DNA of 63,418 nt, the filler included, from Choristocarpus tenellus KU-1152 (taxonomy: Eukaryota > Protista > Phaeophyceae), in the NCBI GenBank assembly GCA_964200185.2. It is 7 parts of 7 records of this genome, joined end to end, with 100 filler letters (N's around TTAATTAATTAA, not from the genome) between each part and the next. Parts side by side here need not be neighbours in the genome. Positions count along the whole stretch, not along the records: positions 32,803 to 40,586 come from CAXNAD020005581.1; positions 40,687 to 54,449 come from CAXNAD020001375.1; 5 more parts are not named here. One strand, 5' to 3'. The position numbers and the translations under genes were made by a program. Of the stretch, positions 39,828 through 52,503 are shown one piece after another. A model generated the notes under the pieces. That model made no database searches. It was not told the origin of the DNA and saw only the letters and a list, made by a program, of their open reading frames with translations. Position 1 is the first letter of the stretch, and each line of letters opens with the position of its first letter.

Positions 39828-40266
39828 ATGTCCAGCATTCCCTCAACAGCAACCCACCCGCCTGCCGATGGCGCTGCCCACGGATCGAGAACGTTGGACA
39901 GCAATCTGAAGGGCATGTCCTCGCTCCTAGAGCATCACTACCTCGGCACGTACCGGATGAAACTCAGCAACATCACATGCACGGAGATGGTGCGTCCCCT
40001 GAGCAAGCGTGGCCTTGCGTGTGTCAGCAAGTCTATACAGGAGAAAGGCTGGCTGGAGCAGTTTTCTCCATCTGTTGTAATCCAGCGAGACTGTTTAGGT
40101 AATGGGGACCAGCTCAACACCGAAACTGCACTTGCCATTCAAGGACGTACACTGGACGGAAACCATAGAATAACGGTGCTGAAGAGAGAGTTTGATCCCG
40201 AACGCACTTTCATGATGCGGGTCTACATGGAGTTCAACCAAGCAGAAGAGAGGCTAATTGCCAACG
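39828..40266 (+). CDS. ParB/Sulfiredoxin-like N-terminal domain protein, first exon
   Basis: 146 uninterrupted codons ending at donor G|gtgggt. VRPLSKRGLACVSKSIQEKGWLEQFSPSVVI...LDGNHRITVLK matches the ParB/Srx pattern R...L..SI...G.L....V...(I/L)DGxHR. Confidence 0.7.
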
Positions 40267-40276
40267 GTGGGTGATG

Positions 40277-40450
40277 GAGTGTTTTCGTTGTTCCATGATC
40301 GCCTGATGACTATTCTGATCAACTAAGCAACTAAGTAAGTTGAGAATCATCACGTTGTTCCATGATCGCCTGACCATTCTGATCAACTAAGCAACAAGGT
40401 AAGTTGAGTGTTTTCGTTATTCCATGATCGTCTGATTACTATTCTGATGT
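40277..40450. repeat. ~65-bp tandem repeat x ~2.6 at the start of the intron after the ParB-like exon
   Basis: The unit gttgttccatgatcgcctga...attctgatcaactaagcaac..gtaagttgag repeats. Confidence 0.85.
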
Positions 40451-40516
40451 ACAAAGTTATTGCCGAGTTTCCTTTGCTTGGTTCATCGTCAGTCAGCCCA
40501 TTGTGAATCTTTTCGT

Positions 40517-40586
40517 GGCTCAAAGTATCTGGGAGGGGGTGGCGGCTGTCCATTTGGGGTCAATTTTTTCATGTCGAGATTTTTGG
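40517..40586. mobile_element. MITE family B, copy 6 (truncated by contig end)
   Basis: ggctcaaagtatctgggagggggtggcggctgtccatttggggtc. Confidence 0.8.
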
Positions 40587-41082
40587 NNNNNNNNNNNNNN
40601 NNNNNNNNNNNNNNNNNNNNNNNNNNNNNNTTAATTAATTAANNNNNNNNNNNNNNNNNNNNNNNNNNNNNNNNNNNNNNNNNNNNGGGGGGCAACACAA
40701 CCCTGAAGAATGTAAAGGAGAAAAAATACTTCATTGGCACCATTCAACTAATGATGTGCCATGTATTGACCCTTGCCCTTTAGCCTGCAACTCACTCTCT
40801 AAGCTCAGTATCACACCGTAGCACAGTTGGAAGAAACAAAAAAATCAAGAAAATAAAAAAAAACCAAAGGGTTGCCAATAGCTATGACAGTATGAGGTAC
40901 ACCACTTATGTATAGATGGACATAGAGCTGATGGTATATCTTTGATCTATCATGTTGTCACCAGCTTCTTTCACAGTCAGACCATGACCACTGACTCCAT
41001 TTCAATATCTACTTCATTGATCCATACATGAAAATTTTCAACTTCTTGTTCGAGGGCAGTTAGGAGGTCAATTCAATCTCAC

Positions 41083-44000
41083 CTTGGCAGCACAAACCTC
41101 TCCTTTGTGGACAACTTGATACACCTGTGGAATTATCACCAAATAACGGAAAACAAGATGGATATGGATGTTGTGCACGCCATTAGCAAAATCAACATGC
41201 TCCTTGTCAGTGTAATACTCACTTAAAGGGTTACCCTAGAACATTCATCCACGCTTGATCTATAATGGACGATTAATAGCTTTCGCTTTAACTTTGTAAA
41301 CCTACAGAGCGTTCTGCTACCACAATAATTTGTCTAAAGCTTCGATAAAATATTTTATCCCTCAAAATTGTTAGGGCTTTAAATCTCAACCAGTGATCTA
41401 TTACGCTATCTTTAAATAATGTCTGCTTCCAAGCCTACCTTCTGATTATTAAAGATACAAACTTTAGTCACCTTATTCATTAAAAAAATAATGGACCTTA
41501 GCTTTAAGTTTGGGCTGTTTCCCTTTAGAACATAGATCTTAGCATCTATGTTCTGTCTGCCCTAAATAATAAATAAGTATTTAACACATTTCATATTTGG
41601 GTAGTTTCACTCTATTGCATTCATTGCCCTCCATAAGGCTGGCAATGTCTGTAGTCGGGGCTACCTTTGACGCCCTTTCCTCTATAACTAATGGCAATTA
41701 GTTTCAATTACTCAGTTACTATTTGCAAAGAGACGAACCTCCCTACTGTACCTCCTTCTCACTGTAGTAGTTTGATCTCTTGAACCAGAGAAGGCAAGAG
41801 ATGAAAGAAATTTGGCAATAGAAAGAAGAAATAGATTTTTTGTTACTACGGAAGTACAATACTGTATTCACTTACAATATCCTTAACCATCAAAACACTC
41901 TAGCCCATTTGCAAATAACACATCTTGTCCAACAAACCACTGGGCCCATTTGTTGCGTAACTTCCATTGCCTTTGACAAGAAATGAGGTCACTTGCTCTA
42001 TATAGTCTGTTTAGAGAGTGCTTTGTTGTGTACTGGTGTAGTGATACGGTGTTGAGTTGTGTTATCAAGAGTTACTTTTTCCCAAGTGCAAATTGATGAC
42101 AATCAACAAATATGATTACATCACAACAGTTTGTCGGAGAAACGCCATACAATTGGTCACATTCTTGAACCAACAGAGCGTGAGCTATTAGTAGCTAGAC
42201 TGAGGTGTGGACATTTCTAACTATTACATACCCCCCCCTTCCCTTCTAGAAGTAGTCCAACCACACAGCCAAACATCGTTGAGAGGATAGCTGGCCCAGA
42301 AGGTGATTTTTTGGTTCTGTGGTGTCTGGCAGGGCCCTGACCTGCGATGCTTTCATTTGTTTAGAATTCTCTGTTAGCCTCCTTGAAAACCAAACTCATG
42401 CATAGACCTCACAATTACACACGTACGTCTTGCTTGGCCACCTGCATTTTGCTCCTGCAAGGAAGGCATTCAACCACCCAGGCACAGCTATCCCCTGATC
42501 CTGTCCTCCTCATGCTGCTGGACCAAAACGCCTGCTAGGTGGTGGAGCTTCTACTTCCTCAAGACACTATGTTGTTTTTCTTTCCTACTGGCACTGCTGG
42601 AGCACAGTGGCTACTAAATGGAGAACCTTTCCCTTTTCTTCCCCCTCCCGACACGGTCCCTCCACTGTTACTCACGCACAGAGCTGTGCCTATAAGCATC
42701 CTCCAGTACAACATCTTGATCATGGGATGTTGGTAGGACCCCACTGTGGTTGTTGCAATTGAGAAGCAAAACTACTCAACAGGATTGTCACATCTTCGTG
42801 TGAGAGTGAGTGAAATTCTATACACGAATGATGTTTTGTCCAAAAGCGTGAAGAAATCGTTGCAAAAGTGAAGTGACCACACTCCCACCCCTGTCCCTAT
42901 GGTTGCACTGACAAGAGTGTGGATGCTATAACTCCCATCAGCACATTCTACATATCGAGAGGAGTGATGAAGGGGATTTCTTACCCCAAAGCACACACAT
43001 AGACCCTGACTGACACCCTCACATATTTCATTTTTAGGGGTAGCAAGTAGGTTACAAAAGTACTTCTTGTCATCAGCATGGTCGAAAAACAAACTTTGCT
43101 TCCCCACAACTTGAGAGGAACCCAAAACAATGAATGAGTAACGCGCATTGGTCACTGAGGGCACTGACTGCAAACCAACTCTATCATCCCAGAGGTACTC
43201 TCGCTGCCCAATGTGTTGGGCTGATTGCAAACAAAGGCAAGTACCTCCACAATGCAGCCTAGTACCATGCTGGAGAAATTTTGAGATTGCACAGCTTGCC
43301 ATTACAAAATTTAGGGTACGGGTTTGTGTCTCTGTGTGCATACTTGAACATTACGTAGGATCACTCACTCACCCACTGCACCACTTGTTAGACTACCTAC
43401 CTTAGAAGCTGTTGCACTAGCAATAATTGTACTGCCAACTGTCCATGCCTTACTTCTTGCTTTGGGTTCAGCCATTCCACTGCTCGCCGCTTCACGTCTT
43501 GCCTCAATTCTAGTCATGGTCCCGTACAGATATTCCTCGGCAATGAAGCCTTGCCACATTATTATTTTGGTCTGGTATCATAGCGGTAAGCAACTGACAG
43601 TATACTATATATATTTGTATAATCCATAGTGCTCACCACTTGAACTCTGGATAATCAAAACCAGATTTCTATGCCAAGGAGTCTGGCGCCATTGAGGTTC
43701 AACCCACGAAATCAAATAGGGAACAGCCTCCATTAAACAGGAAGCAACAAGGACTGCCAACCTACCTACCTAGTCACAGAGATTTATTGGGGGGGGTGTC
43801 TGAACTATAGTGTCAAGAGAGCACGTGGAAAAATACCAAGTAGTGCTCCATCCCATCCCTAAGAGGCAGTCCGTGCATAGTGCTCAAGTTCTCATCAACT
43901 CTTCAAGACAAAGATTGTGGTGAAGTACTGGTATATGGGGGTCACCTCACAGGAAATTACCACAAGCGCTAGCGTTCTGAAGTGAACGTTAAATCATTGA

Positions 44001-47000
44001 TGAGTGTAAGTTATATTGACTAAAACAAAATTCAATGTGCTTCATTATGATGGAAACATGCATGCACCACATGAATCAAGGTGTGCAAGTTTCCAAACTC
44101 TGTGAGTAGAGCACTCAGCAAGCATTTGCGCAAAAGACAACCAAGGGTGTTTTACTGGGCTCAACAGTTAGCATGCCCACTATCTGCCATATGCCCGCAG
44201 CCCACCCCATGGCCTAGCCATGCTGCAGTTGATGGTCGTGGACTCGGCTATGTTTGAACTTGCTTGTAGAGGCCTGGCTAGCAGCACCAGCCGTGTTGAA
44301 GTTGCAATATCCAGGACTGGGCCGTGAATATTACATTGATGGCTGGTCAGGTAATATTCATTTGACACTCAGATCGGCCACGTCATTCCTATGGTTCCCC
44401 ATTCACCATTTACTCTACTGGTATCTTGTATCCTGTACTACCACTGGAAATACTAAATATATCATACAATAGTAGGGTGGCTTTCTATTTCAACATATAC
44501 ATATCTTGATACTTCTAGTATTATTTCCTATTTTCAATTTCCTATCTTAGGCTACTAAAAACTAACAATAAGACGTAACCAAATCCATAAAATAATAAAT
44601 AGAGGGTTCAGTCATTTTCCATGTGTGCACGCCTCCTGGCATTCTCATTGCACATACATATGGATGCATCCTTCATGATTTTGTACCAAGAAAGTCTAGA
44701 GATAAACAGAAAGAGCATCATCCATATGCACACACAACTTTACCCACCACATTTTGTAAAAATTTTGCACTTTTCGCAAGGAGTGGCTGAACAAATTCAA
44801 AGGACCTAGTGCACATGACCCAAACATGTCAGAGAATGCTAAACCCTGTCCGGGCAGTGGACATAGAAGGGTACAATACCCAGTGGATACATAGTCTGGA
44901 CATGCCAGAAAGTATTCAACCCAATCTGACCAGCAGACATGGATCACAATCTGTCGGACAATCGTATGACCGGTTTTGCCAGCAGACATGGGCTGGTTGA
45001 ATACCTACTGGACATGAACCGGGACATATCCGATAATTGTGGGACCGGTCCAGATGGCAGACGAGGCAATTTTAATTTGTTGACCTGATGAAACACCCGG
45101 AAAATAACCAATCAAAATTTAACTTTCAATTTTCGGTTTCGATTATTAATCAAGCAACAATCGTATTTCTTGATACTTTCTTAGGTGAGACTAGAATCAA
45201 AGTAACAATTTTTCCCTTGACAAGACTAAATGAGAAACGGTTCAACTTCATCCACTCTTCCTGTGACAAAACCAACACGATCTCTTCTCTCTCTCCGAAA
45301 CTAAATAAATAAACAGTACTAAAAAAGAAAAAACATTTCTATACCATTTTTTCCGTTCATCCTGCCTGGCCTCAAACATCTTTTTCGAAAACATCACAGC
45401 TCACCGAGGAATACCCCCCCACTGCAAAAGGCTTGCTGGAGGTGAAGGTGAGATCCTTTTTCTCGATCTGAAGCATCTCCAGCCTTTTTTTGCGCTGCTC
45501 CTTGGCTCTCGCCGTGTTGTTCTCGCTTGAGCCCGACCCACTAAGAGCACCTTCCAACATGTGACTGAACTGTGACAACCGAATCTCAAACATCTCCATC
45601 TGTTCCTTGGCAGCAGCTTCCTGTCGTATCTGCCCCGCTATGATCATGTCAGCCTTCCCATCAATCTCAAGGACCACATCCTTGACCTTGCCCACATTCC
45701 CCAGAAGCTCAACATTCACACCCACCTTGAACAGGCAGTTCGGTTGGGATGGGCAAAGCATGGGTGAATTGTAATATTATACAAGTTGGTGTTCACCTAC
45801 ACAGCAATACTACTGATGGTATAATCACACTCAAGGTGCTGAGCAGAAGGCATAGTGAAAGACACTAAAACAGTGACGTAATCAATAGGGTTCCAGCCTA
45901 CAATTTAGCAGGTAGAATAATAGGTGTGGCTTTGCCAGAAACTGTCCACGTTACTAAAGTTAGGGTTAGGGCCAAGGAATTGAGGTTCACAGTCAAGTGG
46001 TCAACTTCTGATTCCTTTATAGGTGGAAATTGGACATTTTCCAGATATATCTATTCGGCGACATACACACAAAGAGATCATATTTGCTTAGAATAAACAC
46101 TAATAAAATACTGCCTGATTGATCCTAGGCACACTGTGAAGCACATAGAATAAGTCATGAATGATGAATTAGAAGGAAACAAAGAAAAAAGAGGCGTGTG
46201 TACTGTCCACTGATGTAACCCACAAAAAACATCCTCTTATCATTGAAGAACACTTACATCAAGAGTGACCAGGGCCTTCTGCACAGCATTATCAGCCTCA
46301 TCAAAGTGGTGTTTGCACGTCCGAGACATTGCAAACTGCGCCAACATGGACTTATTTCCATACTCTACCAGAAGCTGTGATCGAGAGACAATACCAAAGC
46401 AAGAACAAGAAAAAAGAAAAAAAAGTTCAATTGCAAAGACATCAAATAATATAAAAATGTAATTGATATTTCAGTTATTGTTTTCATTGTAAGTATTTGG
46501 TCAACATTACACTAATCATGGTAAACTCCTTCAAACTTCTGTCAAGAGAATCTATGCCTGTTTCCACAAAGGTTAGGAAGGTTCAACAGATCAAAATACT
46601 TGTAACAGATATATCTAGAGTCGTACGAAGTCTGTTGTTGGTTTGAGATTCAAAGTAGAACATTAGCCAGTGGAATAACCCCCTGTTGGGCCCCAAAGCA
46701 TGCCACATAAGAGCACCCTATGTGTTGTTCATCTTCCACCTCAATTCTACTTATCCATGTACTTCTACTGCATCACACTTTCAACAGAGTGTGGAAGGGC
46801 AAACATCAGCCAGCAAGGTCAGGAATACGCTCTACATTATGTTGCAATTCATTAAACGCACTCGAAACACCAAAAAATTATAAACTGGATCAGCAAGTAA
46901 CACTTGTCTCGTATTTTTCCTTACTGTTCCTCTTTCACCGAGTCCTAACCTGTGGTACTGACCAATGGAGTGTACGGTCAATGGTATTACCCCATACATA

Positions 47001-50000
47001 CAAGTACACATACACACATATACACATGCATACATACATACTTACGTCATCAAGGATCTTGATCTTGACCAGCACCTCACATCCTAGAGATCGAAGTGCT
47101 TCGGACATGGGTGAAGGATTCGCCTGAAGGAGCGTGTCAACACCAAGTTGGAGGTGGTAAAGAACATAAACTTGACATTCCAATGTAATAGCCAAAATTG
47201 TGCTATTTAATTTCAGGATCAACAATTACAAGAGGTTAAAGAGAATATGCAGTCCATGATACACCTCAAATATATTATTGTAGTACCTGCCACTAATAAA
47301 AATTAATAGACACAAAACAATAGAACTCTCTGTCATTGTAGTCCAACACAACCCACCCCTTCCCTTCTACCTGTCCGAAACGTCATAACACCCTCAGTTA
47401 CTTCTATTATGCTTCAAAATACTGTACTTCCCTACCTATTTAAAAGAGAAGTGTAACAAACTTTTTTCTTCCATGTTTCTATCTGCACTTTATGAAAATG
47501 TGTAACCCACTGCCAGATAAAATAGAGTCGGTTTTGAAGCCAACTATTTCTCCCACAGTTACGAAACTACCCACCTACCTAGCAACAGCCATCAAATCTC
47601 GTTTAGGGATCCTCACAAGTGATTGTCTCTAAATATGAAAAACAGGTCACTCCATCTCACCCCAAAAACACCACAAATGCGTGTAATTTAATCTCCATAA
47701 ATTTAGCAGAGAGTACACCAAAAAATGAGGGCAACAAGAAGCACTATCAAGATAATAACAGTAGTAGGAACAATGATACACTAATAATAAAGTTATTACT
47801 TCAGAAAATATCAATAACTTCTAGCAATACTGCTGTGCTCTCAAGTACTACTGTAACACTCTGTTGGAAATATTGTTGGACATATACACAGAATAGCTAG
47901 CAACGGTTGGGTGGGTGGTTCTATTGTACGTGGTACTATTACTGTTACCAACTGCTGCAACAATGGGTAAGTAAGGGTTGGCAATAATCTTAAATAACAA
48001 CTACCACACAAAAACCATGCAACTTCAAACTCACTTCCAGCGTGGTATGTCACTCCTCTTGAGGTATCCATTATAGTCATTTTGAATTCATTAAAAGGAT
48101 GTTTCTTGCTTTGACTAAGGAAGATGGCATCATTTGAAAACGGGTATCGATAGCAATAACTTGCTTCTTCAAACTAAATGTACCCACAAAACAGTCAAAA
48201 TGCACTCCACTAGCTGCAGATTGTCTCTATTCTTGCACAGGCAACCAAACATAACATAAGTGTAACATAGACTGTCGAGGTGATGGAAAGGCTACCTATT
48301 CATCCACTTCGAACTGTCTCATGCTGGCGAATGAAATGGTGAAAAAGACTTCAGAAAATATATTTATGGCATGGATTCTGGACTCCATACAAACATGAGC
48401 TCTTCATATTAAATGTGTAGTTTATAGCTATAGTAATGCCTAACACCACTGCAACATAAAATAGCATAATAGAACAAAAAGGTGTGTGCTTGTGTCCGTG
48501 GTGGGGGTGGGGTTCATGACTGATATGTCTCTTTCTCATACCTCAAAGTGATGTTCGAGCTGCACCATCACTTGCTGTAGGTTTTTGGCCCATGTTCTGA
48601 TCTTCTCCATATTATCCTGTTCAAAGGAGATGAACAAAAAACAGGAAACGTAAAAAAAAAGAATTTCATACTATTTAATAGCAATAAAGAGGGACTGCAA
48701 TCCAGCAGTGAAACATAAAAAACAATATATTACATAGTACTGGGAGTTGTAGCTATCGCCAAACATCCCCCCACTCCCCTGCTGCCGCTATTGTCATTCC
48801 ACTCTAATTCTCCATGGAAAAAAGTCTGGCACACAAGAGATTTGAACTCACGATAGGTTTGCAGATACTTGCAAAATGGTTCTGTTCTGCGGACACAGAT
48901 TTGCAAGAAAACCAAAAACGAACATTTGGTGTCAGATTTGAAAGTGACGAGATCGCATACATAGCAGTCATGCAATATACTGCACAAAAACAGTAATACT
49001 TACCCAGCAGCATTCAGCCAGCAGTCAGATTGATTTCGTATGGGGGGATTTCATTTACTCGCAAGGCAAAGAACAAATGCACCAAAAACTCTAAAGGCGA
49101 TCCATTCCTTCCCAACTACCTGTTCCTTAAACTGACATAATGGCTTCACTCTGCCCCACAATAATAGTTACTATTTTGATAAATCCCTGTACCAGAGATT
49201 TTTTGCATGCCCAAATCAACTATCCAAACCACTCACATTCTCCATTTCTTCCACATATTTAAATAAACAAATTTTAAATTGCAATCATTTTACTGTTCTT
49301 CAAATATTAATTAAACAATATATACATTAGGCACAACCAGACAGCACACACTACATGAGAAGGAAAGTTTGAACAGACAGGTTAAGCAAACAACTAAACA
49401 GAACTACACTCCCACATGTAATACATATATCCACAAGACAAAAACAATACACAAGAAAATGTACAGTATCTCTTCCTGCTGCTACATTTTCAAACACGCA
49501 AACACACACCTTCATGTCTTTGTGGGCTTGCACATGCTGCACGACAGCATCTAGCAGACCGTAAACATCCCGGATCCACGGTACATGCTCTGCCACAGTA
49601 CCAACAGCTCTCCACCCCCCCGACATTGCACCTACAGCAGCCGCAGCTCCAACACCAGCGGTAACCCCAGCCACTGTAGCACCTACCCTACTCCGACCTG
49701 CATTCCCTTTGTTGGCTGGGACTTCTGTCCTGGGTGTTTCAGAGAACGCTGGAGTGATGTTTGTTGGTACTCGAGAAGATGTTGGAGGCACATCAGAGTG
49801 ACTCTCACTCACATGTGATTGTGTGTTGTGATCTGAATGTGGTGCAGACGAGCTCTTTCCTCCACCTACCCTCATATGAAAATAGATGCAAATAAAAGGA
49901 GGTGTGCATAGAAAATGAGAGGAGTAGTAAGAGAGGGTAGAGGTGGGGGTGAGAACAGTTGATCAGTTAATCAGTTGATCATCCTAAGCGGTCAGTACTA

Positions 50001-52469
50001 TGCATGCAACTGTCCAGCCCTACTGATAACAATAGACTGGGTATTTATGTAATGTCTTGTACAGAAAACCACTTGATTTGTGCAAATGGTTGGGAAAGAT
50101 TACCAATAAAAAAGTATCTTACATAAACATCGCACTTTTCAACAAAACAAAAAAACAAGTGAAGACACTGAGTGAAAGTATCTTAGAGGGTACGAGTTTC
50201 TCCCTTTTTGTCCATTTGGGGCTTGGCTTCCCATGTTTGTTTTATGACATTTTCCTACTCCAGAATGTTTCGGAGTAGGTAAGATGTAAATATTATGAAA
50301 AGGTGTGTTTGGAATAAGTATATTGAAACTTCCTACCAAACGCAATAGCCAAAATTGTATCAAAATTGCAACATTGGATTTTGGCCCCCAAATGGACGTG
50401 GCTCTACCCTTCAAGTTAATTTGGCTCACTACCATATAGTGTAGAGTTGATAGAGGAAATACCTTGCATTGTATCAACATCAGAAGACAAACTTACCCTC
50501 CGCTTACAAAACAGACCTATGCGTTGGATTCCTTTAAATATTTTACATTAAAAAAATATGTCTCGCCCATGTTCAGCAACCCTAACCCACCAATCCAAGG
50601 GCGCTGTAGAGGCAGCTCAGTCTACTTCAACTGATCTAGCCAACTCACCCTACTGCCTTTGGTTGATCCCGGTGTGCTCTACCTCAAAAGCGTTCCCCCC
50701 CAGTGCCCGTAACACCTGATTGTACCTCTAAAACATAATCTTCCACACCCTCTCAAGCATGTAGCCGTTATAAGTGTGGAACATGCTAGAAACCCACCCT
50801 ACAAGTTCATTAACAGGGCCTAATGCTCCGCCCAAACCCTGCTCTTCAGAGTTGAAAAAAAAAAAAATCATTGGTGTTGAGATCCGGCAACCGCCCTGGC
50901 TACATCCCGCCCCTCATGCTCTGTCCCTCCTGCCCGGCGGCGTTCTGCTTCCTCCCCCCCCCCTTCCCCNNNNNNNNNNATTAACAGGGCCTAATGCTCC
51001 GCCCAAACCCTGCTCTTCAGAGTTGAAAAAAAAAAAATCATTGGTGTTGAGATCCGGCAACTGCACTGGCTACATCACGAGCTTAATGTTCTGTCCCTCC
51101 AACCCTGCTGCGTTCAGCTTCTGCACAACACCCTTGCCCGTATGCGTTGTTGAGCTGTCCTGCTGCATGGATGCCCACTCCAATTCCAGCCACGGCATTT
51201 TGCCTTGATCGCTGGCAACAGCTGCACCATGTACCACTCCAGGTACCACTCGGTGTTGACGGTGACGTCGATCTTGTACTCCTCACTGTTTGTGTGCTGC
51301 GCTGTAGTCTGTTGCGCCTCCTTCATGACGCAAATCCACCAGATCCCGATATTGCCGTTGAAATCATGGGAAGAGTCTGGGTGCGAAACGGTGGAGGTGA
51401 CCGTCACCTTGGATATGCGACTCTTGTGCTTGCACCTTCATCGAGCCCACCTTTTCCTCCCCCAGGAACAAGCGTACCATCTCTCATTCACGGATGAGGT
51501 AGAACCATGCCCTGTCCATGTTAATGGTGTTGAGGCCAGTCCTGTAGGTTTTGCAGGTTCGGGAGATCTGGTCGAGGATGAAGTCCACCCTGTCCTTGTG
51601 AGAAAACGAAAGGCTAGGGGTGACACATCACTGAACCCTCATTGCCCCCATGGCTTCCAGCCAGCAATGAAGCTTTGAGCTTCCGACTGACTGCAAGGCC
51701 CAATTTGGCGAGCTTGGAGGAAAGTTGGTTGATAATCAGCGTGCAATTGCTGGCATTGATTTCCCGTATCTTTGCTTCTTTCATTAGCGTAGAGTCCAAC
51801 AGCCATCCAGATTGTGCTTGTGATCTCAGGGAGACAGCATTCCCATTGTATAACTGTTCTTTGACACATCTCCACACCTGTCTAGGGTAGGGTCTCTCTC
51901 TCCCACTCCAAACTCTTTCACCAATTTGGACCCCACACCCCTCGGGAGCCTCTCTCATGAGAGCCAATGCGTAACACAGAGCAAGTGTGATCCAATATTC
52001 CTCATTCGGCTCGCAGTTCTTTCCCAAAGATGGTGATCTTTGTGCCGGTGACAACAGGCTGTGAGGGCTCGCCGTGGGGGTTGTGAGAGTGTTGTGCAGC
52101 TCCACGCTGCAGCAGGAACATAAAAAAATTATAAAAATATGCCCTGTCTGTGTTACATTCTTCCGGAACAACTTCAGAACATAATTACTTGTAGAATTCT
52201 TTGAAATTTAGTTTCTCTGAGAACAATATTCCAAGGAATCCAACGCAAAAGTCCATTTGGTAATCAGAGGTCATCCCGAAGAGCTACAACTTAATGACCC
52301 AGACTTGGAACAGAGGCGTATATATTTACGTAAGGAAGCCCACCCCAGATGGAACCACAAAGGGTTGCCCAGGATCTCAAAGCAAGAATATAGGAGCCCA
52401 ATTATCATTTAGATTGGAATCTTACATACAGATCATTGAGCAACTGGTGCTCATATTTCCATCTCACCC

Positions 52470-52503
<34 letters not shown>

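Noticed and set aside
41040-41130. CCQGEIEL resembling a Helitron Rep N-terminal motif
   Set aside because: Better explained in another frame as the kinase exon VYQVVHKGEVCAAK with perfect splice sites.
42280-43560. 189-aa and 64-aa minus-strand ORFs within the receptor-kinase intron
   Set aside because: They are not needed for the spliced frame (subdomain I joins II directly) and show no recognisable domain. Probably TE debris.
45405-45430. Non-canonical glycine loop (AVGGYS) as proof of a pseudokinase
   Set aside because: Many active TKL/Raf-like kinases have such loops, the beta3 lysine is present, and the catalytic exons are outside the contig.
50809-51061. Direct repeat of ~80 bp around a short N gap
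   Set aside because: The left copy degrades into C-rich sequence before the gap, typical of an overlapping low-quality read end. Assembly artefact.
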